Shown one piece after another: positions 13,088 through 26,253 of a stretch of DNA of 64,000 nt. The notes beneath the pieces are model-generated. The model searched no databases, was not told the DNA's origin, and saw only the letters and a program-made list of their open reading frames with translations. A program made the position numbers and the translations under genes. Positions within the stretch are counted from its first letter, which is position 1. The number at the start of each line of letters is the position of its first letter. The DNA comes from Paecilomyces variotii (taxonomy: Eukaryota), in assembly GCA_004022145.1 (NCBI GenBank), contig RCNU01000006.1. One strand, written 5' to 3'.

Positions 13088-15151
13088 CTATATCTTTTCG
13101 ACACCCTTCTGCTCGTCAATGTTGAGTTTGGCCTCGAGCTCGGCTGCGGCTGCGGCAGCTGCGGCGGCCTGCTTCTTGAGCCTCTTCTTCTCCTTCTCTC
13201 TCTCCTTTGCAGCCTTCTTCGCCGCAGCCTTCTCGGCCTCGAGAGCCTTCAGCTTCTTCAACTCCTCACCACCGTATGCCAGGCGCCACTCCTCTATCTT
13301 CGAAGTCGGGATCTGGGAGAACAAGAGCTTAGGCTCTCCAATGACGTGGCCTGGCTTGAGGATATCGACCTCCCAGGTGTCAGGGATGAGAGGCTCAGGC
13401 ACGACTCCAATCTGCCGGAAGATGGACTCCGAAGTACCGGGCATGAAAGGAGACAGGATGCTTGCGAGGAGGTGAAGGTGGTTGAGCGCCAGACCGATGA
13501 CGGCAGCACAGCGATCGGGCTCTTCCGTGAATAGTCTGTTGTCGAGTTTGTTGTCCTGAAGAAGCTTGTTGCCGAGGGCGGAGATGTGGAGGACGTCTGA
13601 CAGACCCTGTCGCTGCTTCATCGCCTCCATATGCTCAAGATACTCCTTCAGGTGAGCGTTGACCTGCTTCTTGTGTTCCTCGAGAACCTCATCCGAATAC
13701 TTGGTGAAGTCGGGAACCTTGCTTTCCATCTTGGCCTGGGTGAACTTGACCACTCTCTGGACCAGGTTGCCAACGTTCTTCAGCAGGTGATCGTTGTTGG
13801 CACTGACGAACTCATCCCACTTGAATTCCGAGTCGTTGGTCTCAGGACGTCTAGACAGCAGATAGAATCGCCAGATGTCCGGGTCGATACCCGTATCCTT
13901 GGCATTGGTACCAAACACACCCACTCCCTTCGACTTACTGAACTTTCCACCCTCGTAATTCAGATACTCTGTAGCTGAGAGCTTGTGTACTTGGGTCCAT
14001 TTCCCGCCCGTGCCGAGCTGGGAACCGGGGAAGATGATGGTGTGGAATGGCACGTTATCCTTACCCATGAACTGGTACAAGGACACCTGCTCCGGGTTCT
14101 TCCACCACTTCTCCCAGTTCGTACCCGAGAGATTATCTCCGTCGGTATAGTTCTTCGTGATGGACATGTAGCCGATGCAAGCATCGAACCAGACATAGAA
14201 GACCTTGTTCTTGTACTCCTCCTCGTCCAAGCCCTCCACATCAGTTGGGATCGGAACACCCCATCGGAGGTCACGAGTGATTCCACGGGGCTTCAGTCCC
14301 TTATCTATCCATGACTGCGTGATGGAAATGCAATTGGCACTCCACTCGCCCTCTTTGCTCGCTTTCTCAAACCAGGAAACGATCTGGTCACGAAGCGCGT
14401 CCAAGCGCAGGTAGAGATGCTTAGTCTTACGCTTCTCGGGGGTTGCACCATCCAGCTTGCAGCGAGGGTTGATCAACCAGCCGGTGGCCTTCGTGACCAC
14501 ATCCTCGTCGTCCTGACCACTGGTCTTCGCTTGGGCATCTTCCGTTGATTCCGGCTCCAGGGGATCGAGCAGATTGCCACACTTGTCGCACTGGTCTCCA
14601 CGGGCACCCAGATCATGACAGATGCTGCACTCTCCCTCGACAAAACGGTCTGCCAGGAACTTCGAATGAGTGGGCACAGGACAGAACGGCTGCGTGGTTT
14701 CCTGCTCCTCGATATAGCCGTTCTTCCAGAGACCCCGAAAAACGTCCTGGACAATTTGTGTCTGCTGGGCAGTAGGTGTCCGGCCAAAGATATCAAAGTT
14801 GATTCGGAACCAGTCGTAGATACCCTTGTGAATGGCATGGTACTTAGCACAGAGCTCCGCGGGCTCTACGCCTTCCTCGAGTGCCTTTGTCTCTGTGGCG
14901 GTTCCATATTCATCCTAAGACAGTATCAGTATTCTGCATCTAATTTTGAGATGGGACGAATGACGAACCGAACCGCAAATAAACAGCGTCTGGTAGCCTC
15001 GTGCCTTGCAGAAGCGAGCAAAAGTGTCTGCCGGCAGGACACTCCCCACCACATTTCCGAGATGCGGGACATTATTCACGTATGGCAGAGCACTAGTGAT
15101 GAGAATATTGCGCTTACCCTCTACGGGGAGAATGGGATTGCTGTTCGCCAT
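13088..15151 (-). CDS. MES1: Cytoplasmic-type methionyl-tRNA synthetase
   Basis: [16 protein letters not shown] (HIGH-equivalent), CGS|DEYGT across intron 14968-14915, zinc knuckles, [19 protein letters not shown]. Confidence 0.95.
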
Positions 15152-18100
15152 GATCAACGCAGTCAGATCGGCCTCTCGCTGATATCTCGACAACGATGAC
15201 CAGCCCTCCAGCACAATAATCGAGTCATCGCGATATGGCGGGTTCGACGCTTTTTTGCCGCCTGGTACCGCCTTTCACGTGACCTACCCCGCCATAGCCG
15301 GTCGAGTGCAGAAGAGATCAATCATGGGTTTCTAGTATTTACGGGCATAATTATAGCATAGCACTTATTTCTGGTCTTATCCTGACAATCTCCCATCGGT
15401 GTCAAGGTGACTCTGGAATGCCCAGCCAGTCAGTTGCTTCTAGTGGAAGGCGGGGTTCGCATAACGAGTTATGTCAACATCTGTAAGCTGCCCGCTCGCT
15501 CATACGTAGTTCCGATCCAGAATTCATGATCCAAGGACCAGTCGAGTCATTCATTTGGGAATTGGGAGATGGGCCGTTCCGAAAGGCTATTAGCACCGAC
15601 CAGATATGAACGCTGGTTGGCAGGTCAAAGTCCCCTTGAAATGGATAGAAATTTGCTGGGATTTGGCGCAGGGTTAGCAGCCTTGCGAAGGCAGTTTCAA
15701 ACAAATAAAGACGGCCTCATTCTCTGGCGGCAGTTCTGCACGGTTCTAGGTGGCTAGCTTGTCAGGCTAGTGATGGCTTCCGTCAGCCAGCGGACACTTC
15801 CGCGCAAAGGATTTCAAGGGCTGAGTATAATAATAATAATAAGTAGACTGTAGAACATATCTGCATAGCAAGGGGCCCGCGTATAGAGCGAACATCCTGG
15901 GCGAGGGACAAGCTGCCCACGGGCTCATCAAGTGTAAGGGATATACAGTCCAGGGAATGAAATAAGTCTCGACCAAAACTGCACTTAACTGCGACATGTG
16001 ATGCCATTTCGAGCTCAGCTTCAGCTGCGTGCACGCACAGCGCTAGATCTCAGAGCGCAACAACTAAAGACTTGGTTAACTATTATACGGTCTATATGAC
16101 GAGTCAAATGGCGGGAACAACTCATCATTGCGAAAATCTTTGACCGCCATAAATTAGGTTGCTCGCGAATGAGCAGGGCAATGGACATCGCTAACGCAGG
16201 CACCAATCCTGCAGCGAGGAATTGCACAGCGATTACGGACAGGTGCATGAGGGAATAATACTTTAATTGTGTCGTTACATGTGCCTTACATACGTCCAAC
16301 CTGCATCGGAGATCTTGGTCGTGAAAGGGTCGGTGAGGACAGAAGAATGAGGCTGACGATGGCGCAGCAGCCTATGAGTAAGGGCTTCGTTTTCTCTCAG
16401 CCCTACATTGGGGCTGTCTGTAGACTCTGTAGTCTGTACAGAGAGTAGGACACTGTTCATGACCAGTCAATTTTCTGTCTAGACACAGATTCCCAGACGG
16501 CCTTTCTTCTCTCGCGCGCCGAGGATGAAAATTCTTCTTTCTGCCCTTGGCAATTCCAAAGACGAAGTGGGCGAAAGATCTAGACGTCGAGCGCGCCAAG
16601 ATATTTGTCTTTTTTACACCATCACCGGTGAGAAAAGCAGAACAGGATGGTGGGTAGAAAAACTTAGACAGCAACAGCAACAGCTTCTGCGTGGTAGGCG
16701 GAAATTCAGAAATGAACCATGATCCAGTGTGTGTCACTCGGACACGTGGGTCATGACAGGTGGCGAGAACAAACATCATGAAGTTTTCATTCGGACCAGA
16801 AGCAGACACGAATCAGCGATCTTCTCGAGTAGATTTTCGGGCGTTCAACAGAGTGAGAAATGCCAGAGTGCCGTCAGGTTGCGGAGAGCCCTCAGAGGAT
16901 TCTTTTTGTCGTCATTGGCTTGTTTCCCAGGGGCCCTATCGGAATGTTGCACCGCCATGCTATCTCATGGACGATGATGAAGAGTTCAAAGGGCACTAGC
17001 AGAGTGCAATGGATCTCCCCGCCCTCCATGGTGGACCACGTAGAATCGCCGGGTTGTTCGGATGGTGTGGGACAGTGGGAGACAGCAGAGTTGAGCCATG
17101 AGCCTGCCGTGTATTACCCGATCGCCGTGGGTTTTGTTTACTGTCTGTGCCCATCTTGCCTGACGCCTTCGTTAAGGGCAGCTAGAGTAAGAAGCGACTG
17201 GTCACAGAGCACATCTAGGGCTGAAGAACAATTAAAGATGGCAGCAGTCCGGACCATATACTCCGTAGATAGATAGACAGATAGTTAGATAGCGTTGATA
17301 CTCGTCGACTGCTGATCCCGATCGCCGGAGTCACTTGCAGCGCTGGACTGGGGCAAAGTTTGGTCGCATCAATTTACCACGGTTGGCCACGGGCGCAACC
17401 GACTTCTGCCAGCCAGACGAGAGGCGAAAGATCCAGGAACCTGACGCCGTTCCCCTGACTAGCGGGGAGAGGTGCGATGATCTGACAGGCCGGCAGGACT
17501 GCTGGCTGGCACTGCGACCCTGGGATGGGGATATTGGGAACTGGTGGTTGTTCTTTCTTGTCCTTCCCCTGGCCAGCAACAGCAAATTCTCTCCGATCCA
17601 CGCGGCATCTCCAGGCTCTCGAGGGGAAGCGACTGCTTGCTGCCCCTGGCACGAGCTATAGAGTAGTGTATCCGTAATAATATACTCTAGACGCTCAGCG
17701 CGATGGGCAGTCACCACAGGGAGCAAACGACTAGTCTGGCAGCGAGTCAGCGAGGTCCAGCCAGCAAGTCATCAATCTCATTAATACTTAGACGGACTAG
17801 ATCATAGAAGAGACACACGTATACAATATGGCCGCTAAGATTGCATCTCCACTGTTCCTGGCGCTAGAAGGTCAATCCTTTCCTGTTTGTTGGTCTGGCC
17901 CTTGTTTGGCGTCAACGGCACGAAGTCTAAGCGGGCAAACACAGCAGTATAATACCACAGCCGTCCCCCTTTGTGCGCGCTGCCGGCTCATCTCGTCTTG
18001 CTTCGTCTTCTGTGCTTCTCTCCTTCTTGTCAGCCCAGGCTTCGCATTCACTCTTTTCGTGAGCTCTTTTGCTCGCTGTCACTCATTCAACACAATTCGC

Positions 18101-18208
18101 ACTCTTTTCCAAAGAAACACACCCCGACTTCTGGGCTGTTTTTGCAGATCCCCTTCCAACAGCCAGTCGATACATAACAGATCCTCCCATTGAACATATA
18201 TCGCAACA

Positions 18209-19189
18209 ATGCAGCTCAAGAACTCCCTCCTTCTTCTCACTGCAGTGAGCGCTGGCTCTGCCATGGGCCGCCTCCACGGCCACGAGCGCCGTCACGCCCA
18301 GCTCCACGAGAAGCGTGACGTTGGCGACTGGGTCTACGCTGAGATCGACGGTGTCTGGGAGTCCTGGAAGAACAACTGGAGCGGCACTCCCACCACTGCT
18401 GCCTCTGTTTCCTCTGCTGCTGCCACCACTGCTGCCAGCACCAGCGCTGAGGCGACCCCCGCCGTCACCAGCGCCTCCGCCTCCGCCAGCGCTTCCAGCT
18501 CTTCTTCCTCGTCCTCATCCTCGTCCAGCTCCGACTGGTCTGCCACTCCCGCGGACGGCGTCTTTTCCTGGGAGGGCTTCGGTGGCCGCACTACCCAGTC
18601 CGGCAGCGGAGTCGAATACAAGGGCAATGTCGGTAGCCCCTACGGATCCAACATTCTAGAGGTCTCTGAGGCCGATGCCCCCAACTACAAATACGTCGTC
18701 CGCTTCGTTGGCGACAACACCGACCCCTGGACCGTCGGTATCTGGAACAAGATTGGTCCCGATGGACAGATGACCGGCTGGTACGGCAACGCCGTCAAGC
18801 AGTTCACCCTCCAGCCCGGTGAGGTCAAGTTCGTCGCTTTCGACGAGGACTCCCAGGGTGGCTGGGGTGCCGCCAAGGGCACCTCGCTCCCCACGGACGA
18901 GTACGGTGGCTATGCCTGCACCTGGGGTGAGTTCGACTTCGGTAACTCTCAGAACGACGGTTTCTCCGGCTGGGACGTTTCTGCCATCCAGGCTGAGGCT
19001 GCCAACCTCACTGTTCAGGGTATGCAGATCTGCGAGGCTGCCGGCACTGGCTGCTCTGCTATCGCCGATGCTCTGGCTGAGGTGATCGCTGCCTACACCT
19101 ACGCTCTCAAGGAGGTCAACGGTATTGGTGGCAACACGCCCGCTGGTCCTGTCCGTCTCAACACCATCCTCAACTGGTCCAAGAACTAA
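18209..19189 (+). CDS. Allergen Asp f 4-like secreted protein
   Basis: Signal peptide, HERRHAQLHEKR propeptide, Ser/Ala/Thr linker, GNVGSPYGSNI and TWGEFDF motifs; strong codon bias. Confidence 0.85.
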   Translation: MQLKNSLLLLTAVSAGSAMGRLHGHERRHAQLHEKRDVGDWVYAEIDGVWESWKNNWSGTPTTAASVSSAAATTAASTSAEATPAVTSASASASASSSSSSSSSSSSSDWSATPADGVFSWEGFGGRTTQSGSGVEYKGNVGSPYGSNILEVSEADAPNYKYVVRFVGDNTDPWTVGIWNKIGPDGQMTGWYGNAVKQFTLQPGEVKFVAFDEDSQGGWGAAKGTSLPTDEYGGYACTWGEFDFGNSQNDGFSGWDVSAIQAEAANLTVQGMQICEAAGTGCSAIADALAEVIAAYTYALKEVNGIGGNTPAGPVRLNTILNWSKN

Positions 19190-20617
19190 GGCGGCACGTC
19201 TGTCTTGTCTTGTTTACGTCCACGAGATACTTTTCTGTTTCTTTCATTCTTCGGGGGATGGAACTTTGTTTGAAAAACCAGCGCGGTGTTGGGCCTCATG
19301 ACCTCACCTTCCCGGTGGGAAGGGAAAAGAACGCTGCCACCTCTAAAGATACCACCAGCTCGCGGCTGCCGCTTTTTATTATTTGATATTTGGTTTACGG
19401 GTACATTACACTATTTCTTCTACCTTTAACGCTTCGTGGAAAGCAGTTCGTTCTCCTTTGAACTGTGTACATACTTGAAACGTGGATCTGGCTAGTTCAA
19501 ATGTGTTTCCAATTGAGTCTTGCATGTTCTATCTATTTTCGTCGCAGACCCTTGTAATAACATACGGAGCGCGGACATAGCCACCCCGACGTGGGCCTCG
19601 ACCATAGGATTCGTCAAAGCGCGTAACTACTCCAGGACCAAAATATCTCCCCAACGAGAGCACACCGTAGCAGAGCCCGGAATAACTTCACCGCCACGAC
19701 TCACTCTGAAACCGCTGTCCATCTAGCAATTGGTTCTGGAAGCATCGCGCTCAGACCCAAAGTCCAGCGCCAGAGCAAAAAATAGCTAGATACTATGTAC
19801 CACTACCACTACTAAATCACTCCACCCCGGATCCCGCGTCAAGTGGAACCCCTGAATCTGGACAAGAAGCAGGGACACTTCTTGATCTTCTCTTTGAACT
19901 TTCTAAGACAAGATCTGGTCGTCGATAGTCGTGCAGATCGCTAGAGGGGTGATCGTTTGAGGGGGCGATGGATGATCGGTGATCAGCGGTGCGCTAGAAT
20001 TCTTCTATTTTCGAAATTTACGGGGACTATTCTTGGCGGGTGGTCTAGACTTGGGAGTCTGGATGAGACATTGGTGATATCTTTAGATGGGATGGGATAT
20101 AGTTAGAATGGATGTTGTTTGTCTTGGGAAAGGAGGCTATGTTTTGGGGTAAGGTAACAAGCTGCTGGGTAGCTGTACTGTACGGTCGGCGAAGGGAGAC
20201 GAAACTTGGGCTGGGAAAGAGGTCAGTATTCTTTGAATGTACATATGTACAATTATGGTTATAAGTATAGGATAGTATAGATACTGATATTGCTATTTAA
20301 TTGGTTTATTCGTTGAATACGGAGAATCTATTGTTGTCATCGCGCTGTTGTATTGAGGTTCTTGTAAACATGGGGAGTAATGTGGTGTTGGTTATGCGAG
20401 TCCTTTGCTACGTGAACTTTTACTTCGAGTACATAATTTGACAATATTAGATTAACTTGGATATTCATATCCACCTACCGCTCCGTGATTGAATATGTTG
20501 GGCTTCTGGTTTTGTTAATGGCCAGTGTATAGAATAGGTCAAGTACCGTACATATTATACTGTCCTTTATCTATCGTACTGTGTTGCCTTTTCTTTCTGT
20601 GTTCTCCCTCCAGCTAA

Positions 20618-20653
20618 CCCCCCCCCTCCCCCCCCCCCCCCCCCCCCCCCCCC
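20618..20653. repeat. Poly-C/poly-G tract
   Basis: Near-pure C run with one T interruption. Confidence 0.9.
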
Positions 20654-22280
20654 CGATCCTAACGGATTCAGATATTGTCAATGAAATGTCCTTGCCAAAA
20701 TAGCCACTATTTATAACCCTGTTGCTATTAACTACACACTTACACACAATAATAATAGAGAATACCCATCCACACCACATCCAACAACAGAAAAGCACAC
20801 ACATTCAAAATGCATACCTATCTAAAGAGATCTGTCTAGACTCTACCGGCATGTGAATGACATTTGCATAATCTAGACAATGTAAACAAACAACAACAAT
20901 CCCGACCCAGAGGCCCGGGAATGTGGTGTGGGGAAAGGACAGACAGGGAAGTCAGCCGTATCTATGGTATTTACTTTCCCGGCTTCCTCTAGATCTAGAC
21001 TCGAACTTCCCCAGACCCAGAATTATTTAGGTACATATGTCAGGTTCTGTGGAATGTGGAATGTGGCTGTGTGTCTGCGTGTGGCGGAGGAATTAGAGAG
21101 TGTCTGGAGTATATCTGGTGTAATATATGTGGTGGGTATATTTTTGAGTAGGCATTGGAATGTGGGACTGGGCTTGGGGGATATTTTAATTGGTGTGTAT
21201 ACAGTGCCAGAGTCTGAAGTTAATGGTTGCTTATGGTACAGGCGGAGGGAAAGCATACAGCGATTTACTTAATTGGGTCGTTAAAGGGATATAGACTAGA
21301 TGGCTGGGTACTTATACAGGCAAACTCCAGGCACTGATGAGATAAATTATATTACGGTGATCCAAGAAACACTACGTAGCTCGGATGTTCGTTTAGGTGC
21401 TAAATGAATGGGAGCTCAACCCCTCGATTCTACCGAAACAAGCAACTAGCTACTACTAGGTAGTTAACCGGCTCAATATAACTGTTTACTTCTGTGCCTT
21501 CGAGATTCGAGAATGAATGCATGCAGCCCATAACTACAGCTAGTTGTGTTGATCCTGAAAACCATCCGTATAACTAACGTATAGTAAACCCGCAAAATAT
21601 AAAATTGTTGGTTTACCTTCTAATTGCCCCAGTCTCAGATTCCTCCGATACACAGCAGGATATTTCCTATTACCACTCGGCATGAAGATTTTTATATATG
21701 CCTGAACTTAATACGAGACCTTCGCCTTTTCTTTCTGATCCTTTGAGGTTTTTCGGAGACCCCCTTCCCCTAGGCTGCTCCGCCGGGGATTCTCCCACAC
21801 CCGAGCTCCAAATATAGTCTGACATAGAACGAACAAATCAATCATCCTTCACCAGTCGACATGCCGAGGAACCTGTCGGCATGACAAATCCACGACTTAT
21901 CCGGGAAATGCCGGTTCTGAGGTGGCGGTTCCGACTGTCTTGTTCATCTACTAACTACCTACTTTCCGACAGCTCCATGGGGAGTCGTGCTCCATCAACT
22001 TCGACGTTCAAGGGTTTTTTCCTCTTCGATGATAGAAGGGAGTCGACCGTTACTATTTATCAGCCCGCATCGGCACCTACCAAAGTATTATTATATACTA
22101 CAGTTCGTCTATGGTAGTATGCCATTCACCGCCAAGACTTCACTCACTACCATAGATTCACGACCGCAGACTGGCCGAACAGAACCCCAACCCCCGGAAA
22201 CCCACATTTAATACTCTTTTTCCACCCTGAAAGGAAAGGAAAATTGAATCGCTTTAGTGATCGACAATATCAACTTGCAA

Positions 22281-22352
22281 GGGTTGATAGCTCAGCGGTA
22301 GAGCAGGAGATTGCAGATCTCAAGGTCGGGAGTTCGATCCTCCCTCAACCCT
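22281..22352 (+). tRNA. tRNA-Cys(GCA), no intron
   Basis: GGGTTGA/TCAACCC acceptor stem, TAGCTCAGCGGTAGAGC D arm, TT-GCA-GA anticodon loop, GTTCGATCC T loop, T-run terminator just downstream. Confidence 0.95.
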
Positions 22353-22921
22353 CTTTTTTGTTGTCCTAGAAAATTTAGGGGTGGTATCTTTTTTATCGTT
22401 TCTTTTTTAGACTTCGGCTTTCTGGGCCGGCATGTGGGAAACCAACTCGGGTGCGGTTAATCATAGTGTCAGCGCCTGGACACGTATTCCAGGTAATTAG
22501 CATGGCTGTTAACTATATGCAGCAGACTTTCTTTTTGGTTGTTGTGGATTTACTAGATCTTCAGATCTGGCATCTTGAGTGTAGTAACGTTGTTGATTGT
22601 GGGTTTAGACACATCTGGTTGTTTGATGTGATGACTTTTCACCTCCGTGCATTCAATCTCGGTGATATTATATCTAGATGAAACAAGAGCATCCCATCTC
22701 ATGTCAAACACCATGTACGAGACGATGAGATTCTCAGGTTTAAAACTGCCGGGGGTGGATTATACCTAGCGTTATCAACGCTTTGCTAGCTAGATATATG
22801 TATATTGCATAATTGTATAGTATGCAAGCATGATAATTGACAACCTTATATACACTAGTACATTATTATCTCCGAGTATTCTATACTTACAGACTTCCGA
22901 CAGCGCGATAGTTGTGATGGG

Positions 22922-24528
22922 TTAGCCAGAATAGTATAGACCCAATGCTCTAACGTGCGGGTTGAGCAGCGTGAGATTATACGGTGTGACATAGAGGTCC
23001 GTATCCGTGACCGCAATGAATGCCGTGCCATTCAAGGCCGGGTCAGCGTCAAACACGTTGGCCGCAGGCTGGAAGGTAGTTCCAGAGTTAGGCCCAGTGA
23101 CATTGAGCGGAGTGTAGGTGAGGTTCAGCTGGGATAGCCACGCGACAAATGCCGGTTGACCTGCCGTGGTCGAAGTGATGTAGCTATTGTTAGGTCCCAC
23201 GGCCTTGCCAGGGTCATCCCACTCCAAGAAGACCTCGCGGCCGGGGAAACTCAGTGGCTGGTTTCTAACTCGCGAGATAGCAGGGCCGCAGTCGTAACCA
23301 GTGACATTGACGTGGACGCAAGATTGGTCTTCGGCGATGTTCGATTTGCTCGGGTCACCAGTACGGTTACCGACGACTTCGAAGTCTGCGGTGTTGTTGG
23401 GAGAGATTCTGGATGCGTGATAAGCAGGCGAACAGATGCGATCGTATGTGCATTATATACGTACCTATTCGCATTTGGCTGGTTGACAACGTGGAGACTG
23501 GGGAAATTTTGCCATACCAGACGAGTGTTGTTCTCCGGACAAGAGCTGATGTACTGAGAAAGCAGAGTCCAATGCCAGGATTGAGGGATGCCTTCGATTA
23601 CCAGTCAGTCCGTGGCACAAGAATGTAATCACCATATAAATCTCACCTGGGGCAAACCAGATTGGCATAGGGTGGAGACCTAGCCACTGGCGGAACACAG
23701 ACTGTTGACGGGCCTCGATTGCCTCAGCTTGCACCAGGAGCGTCGCAACCTCCTTCGAGTCAAGATGGCTCAGGAAACCCCAGTTCCCAGACTCACCCCA
23801 GCGAGTGAGCCGGACATTAAAGTCGATATATTCGCGGACCGTCTTGAAAGGGTAGTTGTACGTGCATTGCTTAGGCGCAGACTCGCCCAACATGTCCGCC
23901 AGTAGTGATGCATGGCCTGCTTCCTGTAGAGCCATGTACTGGAGCAGGGCGCGATCCTCAGCTGTAAGACCAGCTTCGATGAAGTCCTGCTCGCTGAAGA
24001 CTTGCGCACCATAATGGAAGAGGTCCAGTTCGATGAACTCTTGGTGGATGCCTAGAGCGATTGACTGATAGTCATAGTCGCTCTGGACCATGTATACCGG
24101 GAGAGTCCCGTTGGTCCCAACGCCACCTGTTTTAGGTCAGTATGTATTACACCGGAGAAAACTCATGGGGTCTTCTTACCCGCTGGCATGTACGGCATGG
24201 GCTGCGGTTGAGTTAGTTTGCCATTGGGATTATAGTATGTTGCCCACGGGTTTGGCTGAGACGGGATGGTTGCACTGATAGTGGCCGGTCCCTGCTCTGC
24301 CCCAGTCGTCGTGGGAGTCCCTGAATAAGGGCCATGGGTTGTGATGACTGTCGTAGCGCTGGTAACTAAGGGAGCACCAGCACCAGACGCCGTTCCGTTA
24401 GGGGCCTGCGTCTCAATGGCTGGTATCTGGGTCACGGATGGAAGGGACAACGTTTCTGCACCACCAGATGCTGGCGCACCAGCTGCCACAGAGGCAATTG
24501 CCAGAAACAGGTACCGGTAACCAACCAT
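22922..24528 (-). CDS. Rds1-like secreted ferritin-like-domain protein, 4 exons
   Basis: Signal peptide MVGYRYLFLAIASVAAG; ALGIHQEFIELDLF, QEAGH, EAIEARQQ, QYISSCP motifs; three GT..AG introns join the ORFs. Confidence 0.85.
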
Positions 24529-25410
24529 TCTGGCTGAAAACTCGCTTTCGGATCCGAGCCGCAAAGTGGACACTGGAAAAGGTTCAGTTGTCAGGAGTCG
24601 GTGTTCGTGAGGATGTTCTTATATCAAAAATCTCTGCAACATACGAAGAAGAGCACTCGGTAGAATCCTATTATGAAAGGCACAATGACGTCCATAATTG
24701 GGATCCTACGTAACAATCGCAACCAGACAATGTACTAAGTAGGCCTTGGATAGTCGCCGTCTCCAGTGTCGGAATCGAAGTATTTGCGAATATTTACGTA
24801 GGACAAGGACGCACAAAGAATCGGCATTGGACTTGACGAGATCTAGCCAGGTCTAGATGACCAAGGCCATCCTGAGATGGGATTTTGTATAGCTTCCATG
24901 TAATTAGAACGGCCACCTGATAATCGTACACAAGGGAAGATCAAGAGATCTGACGTAATGAGATAAGATCTTCGCTGTATAAAAGCTTGGTTCGTTTATT
25001 GCCAATCTAGATGCTCATTGCTTCGGATACGACAGCCGGCATTGAGCTAAGGTGCTGTTCCTTTCCCCGGGGTTGCGACGTCGTCTGTATGGACGGAGAT
25101 ATTAACCGCTGGCCCTTGATCTTTGCTTGAGGCGACGGTTGCGGTTAGCTATCGACATCCTTGCGGCAACTTCCAAGCAGGAAACTCAAGCAGGAAACTA
25201 GGTAGGTACTGGTAGTGCTAACATGTTCCAAGTTTCGGTCGAGAATTGCTGTAGACTACCTAGGTAGATACCAAAAATCCAAGGTTGAAGCGGAAGCTCC
25301 TCCCAGGGCTTAGTCAGGCGGGACTCCGCGCCAAGTCTCCCCTCCGCCTTGCGTTACTCTTGGCTTCATTATTCTAGGTTGGAGAATCACCGAAAATCAG
25401 TTGCGCAAAG

Positions 25411-26253
25411 ATGGCGCCTATTCGACGCTATCTCAGAATCAGCAAGTACTCAGTTCTCGAGTGCCGCATCTATCTGGAGAACCCAGCAGACACAAGGTGG
25501 CTGCTGGACTCGCGTGAACCGGTGCTCCCTCGAATCTTTACTGCCATCAAACCACATGTTCTACCGAAGCTGCGCGAAGAGAATGAGAGAGCTCTGGGAA
25601 AGAAGAAGAAAAAGCCCGTCAAGGATGTTATTGTCGAAGGTATGACGGCCAATTGTGTATAGAGATCCGCGCTTACGAATTTCTGGCCGCGTGCCAGCTT
25701 CACAGACGACTTCGAGGTCGCAATCTTCCTTCGCCAATCTGGGACACGTCATTCACTTCTCACACGACAGAAGACGTTTGCAGAACCTAAGAAGATAGAA
25801 AGCAACTCTAATAAGCTAACGGGGACGGAGGATTCTCCTATCAAAGTCAGGGACGAGTCTGACGCAGCCCGTCACGTTATAGCGGACAGCGACGGTGAAC
25901 CGGAACTGGATTTGCATGATATCCCGGAGGCTTCTCAGGCAGAAGAAGAAAACCGCAGTAAACGGCGTCGAACATTGACAGTCTCTGACGACCCGTCCGA
26001 TGTACAACAGCCTGCAGTAAAGAGGAAAAGGAGACAGGATGACGATGATGCCGGTTCCGAAGACGAGAAGAAGCTGGGCATGATAACGACGTACGAAGGC
26101 TTCAACATCTGGGGCTGGGTATTGTGTCTTCTGGTCACACGTAAGGGGGAGAGAGCCAGGACCAACAATCTTGCACCTGAAACGACCGGGCAGCTGCTGC
26201 TGGAGGAATGGATATCTTCGCAGGCGCCAGGCGGTGTTGATGACGAAGATTGA
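25411..26253 (+). CDS. Conserved fungal hypothetical protein, 2 exons
   Basis: MAPIRRYLRISKYSVLECRIYL; intron ~25640-25705; C-terminal YEGFNIWGWVLCLLV...LEEWISSQ. Confidence 0.75.

Noticed and set aside
15152-15214. Non-AUG N-terminal extension of MetRS for mitochondrial targeting
   Set aside because: The extension is short, contains acidic residues, and is not presequence-like.
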